Source: Acutalibacteraceae bacterium (GTDB lineage Bacteria > Bacillota > Clostridia > Oscillospirales > Acutalibacteraceae). Taken from it: a stretch of 64,000 bases of DNA. Made by a program: the position numbers and the translations under genes. Below, in pieces: positions 45,404 to 53,403 of this stretch. Every line of letters begins with the position of its first letter. Position 1 is the first letter of the stretch. The notes beneath the pieces are model-generated. The model did no database searches, was not told where the DNA came from, and saw only the letters and a list, made by a program, of their open reading frames with translations. The stretch covers positions 37,794-101,793 of the forward strand of contig JAZNLZ010000021.1 in assembly GCA_045579365.1 (NCBI GenBank), in the 5' to 3' direction.

Positions 45404-48400
45404 ATGTCAAAACCCAGTTACAGTGATATTTTCGGTAAATTCCCAGAAGCGGACATCGGAAATTTAATCGACAGCTGTACAGTAGTTAAATGTGCATTAA
45501 ATATTGAAGATAGAATTATAGATTTAAATTTAGAGGCAAAGGAATATATTCCTTTGGCAGTTAGAAGACAGGTAGTAACCCACATAAAATCAACCTTGCA
45601 ACTAAAGGATTGTAAGGTTTGTTTCACTTTTTCTAAAGATGCTTTTTGCGTACAAGCATTAATGGATGTATCCGAAGAAATCAGATATAAAAACACCTTG
45701 ATTAACGGATATTTAAATGGCGCTGATTATCTCGTAGAAGGCGATAATGTTAAAATCTCACTAAAACACGGTGGCTTTAAGAAAACCTGTGAATGTGGAT
45801 TTGAAAAGTTGTTTAAACTTCGTGTCAAAGAACTTTTCGGAAGGGATATTGTGTTGAGTTTTGATGGACAACTTGAGGATGTGGAAATGCCCCTTCCTGA
45901 GCCTCCAAAACCGGCACCTAAACCTGCGCCCAAAAAAGAGGCACCCAAGGAGACTAAAATTTCCTTTGAAAAGAGGGATGAAAGACCTCAAAACGGCATT
46001 GTATATTTAGATGACCCCAAACTTTTTTACGGTAGAAGAATTGATAACAACACTAAACCTATGATTGAGGTTAGTGATGAAGATACCGAAATTGTTTGTT
46101 GGGGTGAGGTTTTTGATACCGATAGCCGTACAATCAATACAAAACGTGGCGAAGCAGTTATTTTCAATTTTTCCTTTAGCGATTACACGAACTCATTGAC
46201 TGCATCTATGTTTATGGACCCAAAACGAATGGGGGATATTGCGCCCATTAAAAAGGGTAGTTTCATTTTGGTTAACGGTGGTTATGAGTTCGATAACTAT
46301 AAAAAAGAGTTTATCGTAAAACCCCGTTCAATCGCTTTACTTCAAAAATATACCGAGACCGATGATTATGAGGGTCTTAAGAGGGTTGAACTTCATTGCC
46401 ATACCAATATGTCTTCAAAGGATGCCGTAAGTTCGGCTGAGGATATTATTAATCAGGCTTATAAATGGGGTCATAAGGCTGTTGCTATTACCGACCACGG
46501 TGTTGTTCAAGCTTATCCTGCTGCAGCAGGTGCTGTTAAGGGTATTCGTAAATCGGGTGGAGATTTCAAGGTTATTTACGGTGTTGAAGCCTATTTCGTG
46601 GATGATAGTGTTCATAAGGTTGATGGCTTGGGCGCCAAAGAACTTTCAAAACTTCGCCACCACCAAATTATCTTGGTTAAGAACCTTACAGGTCTTAAAA
46701 ACCTTTATAAATTGGTTTCCGAAGCCCATTTAAAAGACTTTAAGGGCAAACCTTTAACCCTTCGCTCTAAACTTGAAGAATTGCGTGAAGGTTTGATTAT
46801 CGGTTCGGCTTGTGAACAGGGTGACCTTTACCAAGCAATTATTGAAGAAAAGCCTCACGAAGAACTTGTGAGAATTGCTTCATTTTACGATTATTTGGAA
46901 ATTCAGCCCCTTGGCAATAACCAGTTTATGGTTAGAGAGTCTTCGGCTCCTGATAGAACTGATAAGAAGACAGGCGCAGTTATACCAAACAAATTCCGTA
47001 AGGTAAAAAGTCTTGATGTTATTAAGGACTTTAATCGCAAGGTTGTAGAATTGGCTGATGAACTTGGCAAACCTGTTGTGGCAACGGGTGACGTTCACTT
47101 CCTTAAAAAGAGCGATGACATAATCCGTAAAATTTTAATGGCAGGTCAAGGTTTTGATGACTTTGACAATCAAGCACCTTTGCACCTTAAAACAACTGCC
47201 GAAATGCTTAATGATTTTGCATATTTTGGCGACCGTGCAAAAGAGTTTGTTATTGATAATCCTAATAAAATTGCCGATATGGTGGATGGGGATGTTATCC
47301 CTGTGCCCGATGGCAACTTCCCACCTGTGATTGAGGGTTCGGATGATTTACTTAGAGAAATTTGTTGGGATAACGCTCATAAGCGTTATGGCGAAAAGGT
47401 TCCCGAAATAGTTGAAAAGCGTCTTGAAAAGGAACTAAACTCAATTATTAACAACGGCTTCTCCATAATGTATATTTCGGCTCAAAAGCTTGTGGCTTAT
47501 AGTGAGGAACACGGCTACTTGGTTGGTTCCCGTGGTTCGGTTGGCTCTTCCTTCGTTGCAACAATGGCAGGAATTTCCGAGGTTAACCCCTTGGCGCCCC
47601 ACTATGTTTGTCCTAAGTGTCAGTATAACGAATTTTTCACAAAAGGTGAGGTAGGCTCAGGCTTTGACTTGCCAGAAAAGAAATGTCCTGTTTGCGGCGA
47701 AATGCTTGACCGTGACGGTCACGACATTCCTTTCGAAACCTTCTTAGGGTTTAAGGGCGACAAGGTTCCTGATATCGACCTTAACTTCTCCAACGAATTC
47801 CAAACCGAGGTTCAAAAATATACCGAAAGTTTATTCGGTAGCGAAAACGTGTTTAAGGCAGGTACAATTACAACTATTGCCGAGAAAACTGCCTTCGGTT
47901 TTGCAAAGGCCTATGCCGAGAAAAAGGGAATTACCTTGAGTTCAGCCGAACTTAACCGTTTGGCAAAACTTGTGGAAAAGGCAAAGATTAAGCAAACAAC
48001 AGGTCAGCACCCTGCAGGTATGATTGTAGTGCCAAGAGATAAGGAAATTTACGATTTTTGCCCTGTGCAACATCCTGCCGATGATGTTAATTCCGATGTT
48101 ATAACAACCCACTTCGACTTCCATTCTATCCATGATACTATTTTAAAATTGGATGAACTGGGTCACGTTATTCCTACAACATATAAGTACTTGGAAGAGT
48201 ATTCGGGAATACCTGTAAGCAAGGTTTCCATGAGCGACCCCAAGGTTTATAGTTTGTTTACCTCCACCGAGGCTTTGGGCGTTACTCCCGAGGAGATTGA
48301 GTCCCAAACCGGAACCTACTGTATCCCCGAGTTTGGAACATCCTTTGTTAGAGGAATGCTTGCCGACTGTAAACCCAAAAACTTCTCCGACCTTTTGCAA

Positions 48401-49219
48401 ATTTCGGGTCTTTCCCACGGCACCGACGTTTATCTTGGTAACGCGAAAGATTTGATTGATAACGGTACCTGTACCATTTCCGAAGTTATCGGTACCCGTG
48501 ATAATATTATGGTGTATCTAATTCACCAGGGTATGGAAGAAGGTAGAGCCTTTAAGATTACCGAGACCGTTCGTAAAGGTTTGGTTGCAAAAGGCAAGGT
48601 TTCCAAGGAAGATTGGGAGGCAATGGAGGAAGATATGCGCAAGGTTGGTGTGCCTGAGTGGTATATCGGCAGTTGCTATAAGATTAAGTATATGTTCCCC
48701 AAAGCCCACGCTGCAGCCTATGTTACTGCTGCAATAAGGGTTGCTTGGTACAAGGTTTACAGACCTCTCGAATTCTACTGTGCGTACTTCACAGCCCGAC
48801 CTGAAGATGTTGATGTTCCCGTGCTTATGGGTGGTAGAACGGCTGTCCAAAAATATCTTAGAGATATTAAGGCAAAGGGCAAAGAAGCCACCAAAAAGGA
48901 ACTTGATGTATATGAAAATATGCTCATTTTCAACGAGATGATGGCAAGAGGAATTGAAGTATTGCCTATCGATATAAACAAATCCCACGCTATGAAATAT
49001 GTGCCAGAAGATGGCAAAATGCGTTTGCCTTTTGGTGCTTTGGGTGGCGTTGGCGAAAAGGCTGCTTACTCCATTTACGAGGCGGCCCAAAAAGGAAACT
49101 TTGTTTCTAAAGAAGATTTCCAAATTGAAGCAGGTGTTTCCAAAACCATCATTCAAAATCTTGCCGATTTAGGCGCTTTGAATGACCTTCCCGATACAAA
49201 CCAAATGTCTATGTTTTAG
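45404..49219 (+). CDS. polC: DNA polymerase III PolC-type, without the inserted 3'-5' exonuclease domain
   Basis: OB domain, PHP motifs (HCHT, TDHG, GVEAY, GSACEQG, TGDVHF), Zn finger CPKC...CPVCG, palm PDIDLNF and KAHAAAY. The protein is 1271 aa. I found no DxE, NxxFD or HxxxxD exonuclease motifs. Confidence 0.9.
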   Translation: MSKPSYSDIFGKFPEADIGNLIDSCTVVKCALNIEDRIIDLNLEAKEYIPLAVRRQVVTHIKSTLQLKDCKVCFTFSKDAFCVQALMDVSEEIRYKNTLINGYLNGADYLVEGDNVKISLKHGGFKKTCECGFEKLFKLRVKELFGRDIVLSFDGQLEDVEMPLPEPPKPAPKPAPKKEAPKETKISFEKRDERPQNGIVYLDDPKLFYGRRIDNNTKPMIEVSDEDTEIVCWGEVFDTDSRTINTKRGEAVIFNFSFSDYTNSLTASMFMDPKRMGDIAPIKKGSFILVNGGYEFDNYKKEFIVKPRSIALLQKYTETDDYEGLKRVELHCHTNMSSKDAVSSAEDIINQAYKWGHKAVAITDHGVVQAYPAAAGAVKGIRKSGGDFKVIYGVEAYFVDDSVHKVDGLGAKELSKLRHHQIILVKNLTGLKNLYKLVSEAHLKDFKGKPLTLRSKLEELREGLIIGSACEQGDLYQAIIEEKPHEELVRIASFYDYLEIQPLGNNQFMVRESSAPDRTDKKTGAVIPNKFRKVKSLDVIKDFNRKVVELADELGKPVVATGDVHFLKKSDDIIRKILMAGQGFDDFDNQAPLHLKTTAEMLNDFAYFGDRAKEFVIDNPNKIADMVDGDVIPVPDGNFPPVIEGSDDLLREICWDNAHKRYGEKVPEIVEKRLEKELNSIINNGFSIMYISAQKLVAYSEEHGYLVGSRGSVGSSFVATMAGISEVNPLAPHYVCPKCQYNEFFTKGEVGSGFDLPEKKCPVCGEMLDRDGHDIPFETFLGFKGDKVPDIDLNFSNEFQTEVQKYTESLFGSENVFKAGTITTIAEKTAFGFAKAYAEKKGITLSSAELNRLAKLVEKAKIKQTTGQHPAGMIVVPRDKEIYDFCPVQHPADDVNSDVITTHFDFHSIHDTILKLDELGHVIPTTYKYLEEYSGIPVSKVSMSDPKVYSLFTSTEALGVTPEEIESQTGTYCIPEFGTSFVRGMLADCKPKNFSDLLQISGLSHGTDVYLGNAKDLIDNGTCTISEVIGTRDNIMVYLIHQGMEEGRAFKITETVRKGLVAKGKVSKEDWEAMEEDMRKVGVPEWYIGSCYKIKYMFPKAHAAAYVTAAIRVAWYKVYRPLEFYCAYFTARPEDVDVPVLMGGRTAVQKYLRDIKAKGKEATKKELDVYENMLIFNEMMARGIEVLPIDINKSHAMKYVPEDGKMRLPFGALGGVGEKAAYSIYEAAQKGNFVSKEDFQIEAGVSKTIIQNLADLGALNDLPDTNQMSMF

Positions 49220-49248
49220 TTGACAAGAGGTAAAATTCGGTGTAAAAT
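49220..49248 (+). promoter_or_regulatory. Consensus-like sigma-A promoter upstream of tRNA-Arg
   Basis: TTGACA, a 17-nt spacer, then TAAAAT, immediately after the polC stop. Confidence 0.55.
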
Positions 49249-49253
49249 ACAAG

Positions 49254-49283
49254 GGCTGACAGTTTCCTGTCAGCCTTATATTT
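49254..49283 (+). terminator. Hairpin (possible polC terminator) between the promoter and the tRNA
   Basis: GGCTGACAG-TTTC-CTGTCAGCC followed by TTATATTT. Confidence 0.45.
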
Positions 49284-49358
49284 GCCCGTATAGTTCAACG
49301 GATAGAATAAGGTCCTCCTAAGACTTAGATGCAGGTTCGATTCCTACTACGGGTGCCA
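49284..49358 (+). tRNA. tRNA-Arg (anticodon CCU), CCA encoded
   Basis: I folded the cloverleaf by hand. Acceptor stem is GCCCGTA/TACGGGT, anticodon loop is CT-CCT-AA, and the T-loop is TTCGATT. It has a G1.U72 pair and one C-A mismatch in the T stem. Confidence 0.75.
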
Positions 49359-49362
49359 AAAA

Positions 49363-49400
49363 ACATCTATCACTTTTAATTTGGTGATAGATGTTTTTTA
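49363..49400 (+). terminator. Terminator after tRNA-Arg
   Basis: ACATCTATCAC...GTGATAGATGT (11 bp) followed by TTTTTT. Confidence 0.75.
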
Positions 49401-49458
49401 TTTTCAAGTCTTAATTGACAAAGAATTTTTTCTATGTTACACTGTAGGTGGTTAAATT

Positions 49459-50301
49459 TTGGAAAGGGTTGATTGTGTGAAAATTGAAAAAATCAACTTA
49501 TTAAATGAAAATACTGAACATGGATTTATGCCCACTCTTACGGCTTACCTTGTTGATGGGAATCCTGATGTAACCGAAATGCGCCCGGCAGTGGTAGTAA
49601 TTCCCGGTGGTGGATATGGTTATGTTTCCTATCGTGAGGCAGAAAGAATTGCTTTGTTTTATAACGCTGCCGGTTTCCACAGCTTTATACTTGATTATTG
49701 CACTGCACCACATAAACATCCACTTCCCATAATGAATGCGGCAAAGTCTATTAAAATTATTCGTGAAAATGCAGCCAACTGGAAGGTTGACCCCGAAAAA
49801 ATTGCCGTTTGTGGTTTTTCAGCAGGTGGACATTTGGCTGCTTCCATTAGCACCATGTGGAACGATGAAGAAATTTTTGGGAGTGACAAAGAAAAGAATT
49901 TGCTTCACAAACCAAATGCCACAGTTCTTTCTTATCCTGTTATCACTTCGGGTGATTATGCTCATAAGGGTTCTTTTAAAAACCTTATTGGAGAGCCTGA
50001 AAACGAACTTTGGGAGAAATATTCTCTTGAAAATAGAGTTGATAAGGACACTCCACCTGCATTTTTATGGCACACCTATGATGATACAGTTGTTCCTGTG
50101 GAAAATAGTTTGCTTTATGCAAGCGCTTTAAGGAAGTTTGAAATCCCATTTGAAATGCATATATATCCTGACGGTCAGCACGGAATGTCACGTGTTTCTA
50201 ACGAAACATATTGGGCTGCACCTAAATACACAAGAAAATACCCTTGGATGGAAACATCGGTGGAATGGCTTTATTTGCAGTTTGGAATAACAAAATTTTA
50301 A
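49459..50301 (+). CDS. Alpha/beta-hydrolase (esterase/lipase, acetyl-esterase-like)
   Basis: PGGGY oxyanion region and nucleophile elbow GFSAGGH. Late Asp and His residues are present in the C-terminal part and could complete the triad. The start codon is uncertain. Confidence 0.75.
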   Translation: MERVDCVKIEKINLLNENTEHGFMPTLTAYLVDGNPDVTEMRPAVVVIPGGGYGYVSYREAERIALFYNAAGFHSFILDYCTAPHKHPLPIMNAAKSIKIIRENAANWKVDPEKIAVCGFSAGGHLAASISTMWNDEEIFGSDKEKNLLHKPNATVLSYPVITSGDYAHKGSFKNLIGEPENELWEKYSLENRVDKDTPPAFLWHTYDDTVVPVENSLLYASALRKFEIPFEMHIYPDGQHGMSRVSNETYWAAPKYTRKYPWMETSVEWLYLQFGITKF

Positions 50302-50305
50302 ATTT

Positions 50306-50338
50306 AAAACCCCTGAACAATTTCGTTCAGGGGTTTTC
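50306..50338. terminator. Bidirectional terminator between convergent genes
   Basis: AAAA-CCCCTGAAC-AATTTC-GTTCAGGGG-TTTT. Confidence 0.85.
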
Positions 50339-50339
50339 T

Positions 50340-51122
50340 TTATATATTCTTTTTTGAGAAATAATGGGAAGTGAAGGATAAAATAAATAATCCCAAAGCG
50401 AAAACAAATAAATTTCCCATAAGCGAAATGTGGGGATAAGCGCCAATTTTTGAAATGCTTATTACAATGTTTGGAACCGAAAAGGCAAAACAAAGAATAA
50501 CCGAACTAAGGCCGAAGGATAAGATGTTTTTAAAACATTTATCGTTATCAATGCCGATATAAAGTTTTGAGTAATACAAGAAGAATATCATTGCAAGGCA
50601 ATAGATTGCGATAAGTATTATATTATCCGAAATAAGCGCTAATTTTGAAATGGTTGTAAAGTCGCAAATGATTCGTGAGATTAGATAAAAAGTGGGAATT
50701 ACCGAAAAAAAGGAAGAAATTTCGAACTTGAAAAATTGAGATGCTGCTAAAGCGAAAAGATACAAGCCAAACAACAAACTAAACACATTAAATAATAATA
50801 GTTGCCAAGGAAGTACCGAGTAATCGGAACTAAACACAAAGCGTTCGGCTAAAACGATTGTGCCTAAAATTATAGAAAAAACGGATGTAAGAATATTTTT
50901 CTTGGGTAAACTTTCGGGCCTTTTAAAACTTAAAGTTGCAAATAGTCCTACCGACAATGCGCAAAGCAAAATCAAACATAAAAAAGCTCTTCCGTATCCG
51001 ATGGTGTAACTATGATAAAATCCGGTTTTGGCATCTATTGTAAAGTAAAGTTGCAAAAAGCGAAATATTATACATGCCGGAAGGGTTAAATAAAACAAAA
51101 ACCAAATTCTGCCGAGTTTCAT
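50340..51122 (-). CDS. Polytopic membrane protein, unknown function
   Basis: 260 aa with about 8 hydrophobic segments and no motif I recognise. Confidence 0.5.
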   Translation of the reverse strand: MKLGRIWFLFYLTLPACIIFRFLQLYFTIDAKTGFYHSYTIGYGRAFLCLILLCALSVGLFATLSFKRPESLPKKNILTSVFSIILGTIVLAERFVFSSDYSVLPWQLLLFNVFSLLFGLYLFALAASQFFKFEISSFFSVIPTFYLISRIICDFTTISKLALISDNIILIAIYCLAMIFFLYYSKLYIGIDNDKCFKNILSFGLSSVILCFAFSVPNIVISISKIGAYPHISLMGNLFVFALGLFILSFTSHYFSKKNI

Positions 51123-51210
51123 ATTATATCTCCATACATTAAATCAAGGTTAATTTCATATAATTAATTGTATTACTATGCAATTAAAAAGTCAACAAAA
51201 AGGTGAGATT

Positions 51211-52170
51211 ATGAGGAAAATGCTTGGTGTGGCTGCCATAATTACGGCATTTATGTTGTTGGTGCCTTTGGCAGTATTGGGAGAGGGAAAAGAAGAAAAT
51301 GAAAAAGCTATTCAAACAGTAGTTTTGCAAAACAAAAAGGAAAAGAAAGAGGATATATTTAAAGTTTATAATCACGAAACTAAAGAAATTACCGAAATGA
51401 GTGCCGAAGATTATATTTTTTGCGTTGTGGCTGCCGAAATGCCTGCCTTGTATGAGGAGGAGGCCTTGAAGGCGCAGGCAGTTGCATCCTATACATACGC
51501 CTGTTACAAACGGGAGGAAAATAAAGGCGAGGAATACGATATTTCCACCGACTTTAATGCCGACCAAAGTTTTAAAACGCCTGAAAAAGCAAGGGAAGAC
51601 TGGGGCGAAAATGCCGACCTGTATGTGGAAAAAATCAAAAAAGCCGTTAAAAGTGTAATAGGACAAAAAATCACATATAAAGGTGAAACAATTTTGGCAG
51701 TTTATCACGCTGTTTCTTGTGGAGAAACATATAGCGCAAAGGATGTTTGGGGCAAGGAGATAAAATATCTTCAAAGTGCCGATTCAAAGGGTGATGAAAC
51801 GGCCAAGAATTATATGCAAACCTTTCAGTTTAAAGAAAGCGAATTGGCAGAAAAATTAGAACCCTTAATAACGAGCAAAAAAGGAAACACCCCACTTTTA
51901 GGTCAAATGGTCTTTAAGAAAAACGGTTTGGTGGAAAGTGTGAATATATACGGTCAAAAGGTGTCGGGCAGTGAAATTAGAACGGCTTTGGGTTTGGCTT
52001 CTTCAAACTTTAAGTTTGAAAAGATAGATGGTATATATGTTTTCACTACCTTGGGTTACGGACATGGGGTTGGTATGAGTCAAAAGGGTGCCGATTGTTT
52101 GGCAAAAGAGGGTATGAACTATAAAAAAATTCTAAAACATTATTATAAAGGGACTGCCATTACAAATTGA
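51211..52170 (+). CDS. spoIID: SpoIID/LytB-domain protein (stage II sporulation protein D-like)
   Basis: Signal/anchor helix, and EALKAQAVASYTY...YHAVSCGET...GHGVGMSQKGA motifs. AAAGGTGAG lies upstream of the ATG at 51211. Confidence 0.85.
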   Translation: MRKMLGVAAIITAFMLLVPLAVLGEGKEENEKAIQTVVLQNKKEKKEDIFKVYNHETKEITEMSAEDYIFCVVAAEMPALYEEEALKAQAVASYTYACYKREENKGEEYDISTDFNADQSFKTPEKAREDWGENADLYVEKIKKAVKSVIGQKITYKGETILAVYHAVSCGETYSAKDVWGKEIKYLQSADSKGDETAKNYMQTFQFKESELAEKLEPLITSKKGNTPLLGQMVFKKNGLVESVNIYGQKVSGSEIRTALGLASSNFKFEKIDGIYVFTTLGYGHGVGMSQKGADCLAKEGMNYKKILKHYYKGTAITN

Positions 52171-52257
52171 GGTTGTTAACAGATTGTTAAAAAAATGTTG
52201 TATTTAGTCGAAAAATATGGTAAAATACTAGTATCAATTATGAATTTAGGAGATATT

Positions 52258-53100
52258 ATGAGAGCTGACGGAAAAAGATTAAAACATGTTGATCCTATGT
52301 ATACAATCGTTCCTCATATAATGGATAAGCGTTATGATGCAATGAATATGATTACCATTGACATCCCTTATGATTCTGTGCAAAATTATTTGAATGAAAA
52401 GCGCAAAGAGGGAAGCCCAATGAGTCATATGGCTGTTATTATTGCAGCATACTTGAGAACCTGCGCTAAATATCCTGCTTTAAACCGTTTTATTATGAAT
52501 AAAAAGGTTTATGCCAGAAATCATTACGCTGTTTCAATGGTTGTTTTAACTCCCGGTACCGATGGCGCTGAAACTATGTCTAAGATGTATTTCGAGCCTA
52601 CCGATACAATTTTTGATGTTAACAACAAAATTAACGAGTTTGTTGAGAAAAACCGTAACGCACCTCAAGAGAATAATATGGAAAAGTTTATGAGTGCTCT
52701 TTTAAGTGTACCCGGTTTGTTGACCGTTGGCATTGGTCTTATTAAGATTTTGGATAAATGGGGCCTTTTGCCAAGATGGATAATCGACCTTTCTCCTTTC
52801 CATAACAGTATGGTAATTTCAAACTTAATTTCCATTAGAACCAACCATATCTACCACCATGTTTACGAATTTGGTACAACCGGTGTGCTTATTACTATGG
52901 GTAATTTCCGTGAAGTTGCAAAACGTAAGGGTGGCGAGGTTGTTTTTGAAAAAACAATTCCTTTGGGTGTTGTAATGGATGAAAGAATTTGCTCGGGTTA
53001 CTATTTCTCAAAAGCATTTAGAGAATTGCAAAAATATGTAAAAGACCCAAGCCTTTTGGAAGTGCCACCCGAAGAGGTTGTAAAAGACCCTGCATTATAA
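52258..53100 (+). CDS. Stand-alone 2-oxoacid-dehydrogenase E2/CAT-like acyltransferase domain protein
   Basis: Its size and pattern resemble the E2 catalytic domain. The active-site region reads VMDERICSG instead of DHRxxDG. AGGAG lies upstream of the ATG at 52258. Confidence 0.5.
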   Translation: MRADGKRLKHVDPMYTIVPHIMDKRYDAMNMITIDIPYDSVQNYLNEKRKEGSPMSHMAVIIAAYLRTCAKYPALNRFIMNKKVYARNHYAVSMVVLTPGTDGAETMSKMYFEPTDTIFDVNNKINEFVEKNRNAPQENNMEKFMSALLSVPGLLTVGIGLIKILDKWGLLPRWIIDLSPFHNSMVISNLISIRTNHIYHHVYEFGTTGVLITMGNFREVAKRKGGEVVFEKTIPLGVVMDERICSGYYFSKAFRELQKYVKDPSLLEVPPEEVVKDPAL

Positions 53101-53104
53101 AAAT

Positions 53105-53132
53105 AAAACGCTCCTTTTGGGAGCGTTTTTTT
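53105..53132. terminator. Bidirectional terminator
   Basis: AAAA-CGCTCC-TTTTG-GGAGCG-TTTTTTT. Confidence 0.8.
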
Positions 53133-53310
53133 ATTTGAAAATTGTTTGAACACCGTCAACCATTTCGCCAACAGCCTTTACAAGTTTGGCCGAACCTTTG
53201 CTGATGTTTTTTTGGTCTTTTAACACCATTTTACCAACGGTTATAACGGCAGCGCCTGCAATCATACCTGCGCCCATACCTTTTAAAAATGACATTGAAT
53301 TGTTTTGCAT
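53131..53310 (-). CDS. 59-aa small membrane protein (absent from the ORF track)
   Basis: My hand translation gives MQNNSMSFLKGMGAGMIAGAAVITVGKMVLKDQKNISKGSAKLVKAVGEMVDGVQTIFK. AAGGAG lies 8 nt upstream of the ATG. The gene is bracketed by terminators. Confidence 0.6.
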   Translation of the reverse strand: MQNNSMSFLKGMGAGMIAGAAVITVGKMVLKDQKNISKGSAKLVKAVGEMVDGVQTIFK

Positions 53311-53368
53311 ATTAATTCTCCTTAAATTTGGTTTGCAAAACTATTATGCCCCGAAAAAAATTAAATAT

Positions 53369-53401
53369 AAAAAAGAGAGGTTTTAAAACCTCTCTTTTTT
53401 T
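53369..53401. terminator. Bidirectional terminator (ends the fhs transcript)
   Basis: AAAAAA-GAGAGG-TTTTAAAA-CCTCTC-TTTTTTT. Confidence 0.8.
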
Positions 53402-53403
53402 AT

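Noticed and set aside
45890-45960. Pro/Lys-rich repeat (PLPEPPKPAPKPAPKKEAPKE) in PolC.
   Set aside because: It is a low-complexity inter-domain linker between the N-terminal and OB domains. Such variable linkers are common and are not a repeat element.
48518-49156. 212-aa minus-strand ORF antisense to polC. Similar long antisense ORFs occur at 14061-14615 (in mutL), 51184-51774 (in spoIID), 32803-33333 (in hydA), 16955-17440 and 1565-2041.
   Set aside because: - Each lies entirely inside a confidently identified gene on the other strand.
- None has an RBS.
- They have low-complexity or odd composition.
- Such ORFs are the expected shadow frames of codon-biased AT-rich genes.
53186-53386. 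66-aa plus-strand ORF listed in the ORF track.
   Set aside because: It has no RBS and runs through a terminator hairpin. The opposite strand carries a better-supported 59-aa ORF with a strong RBS.
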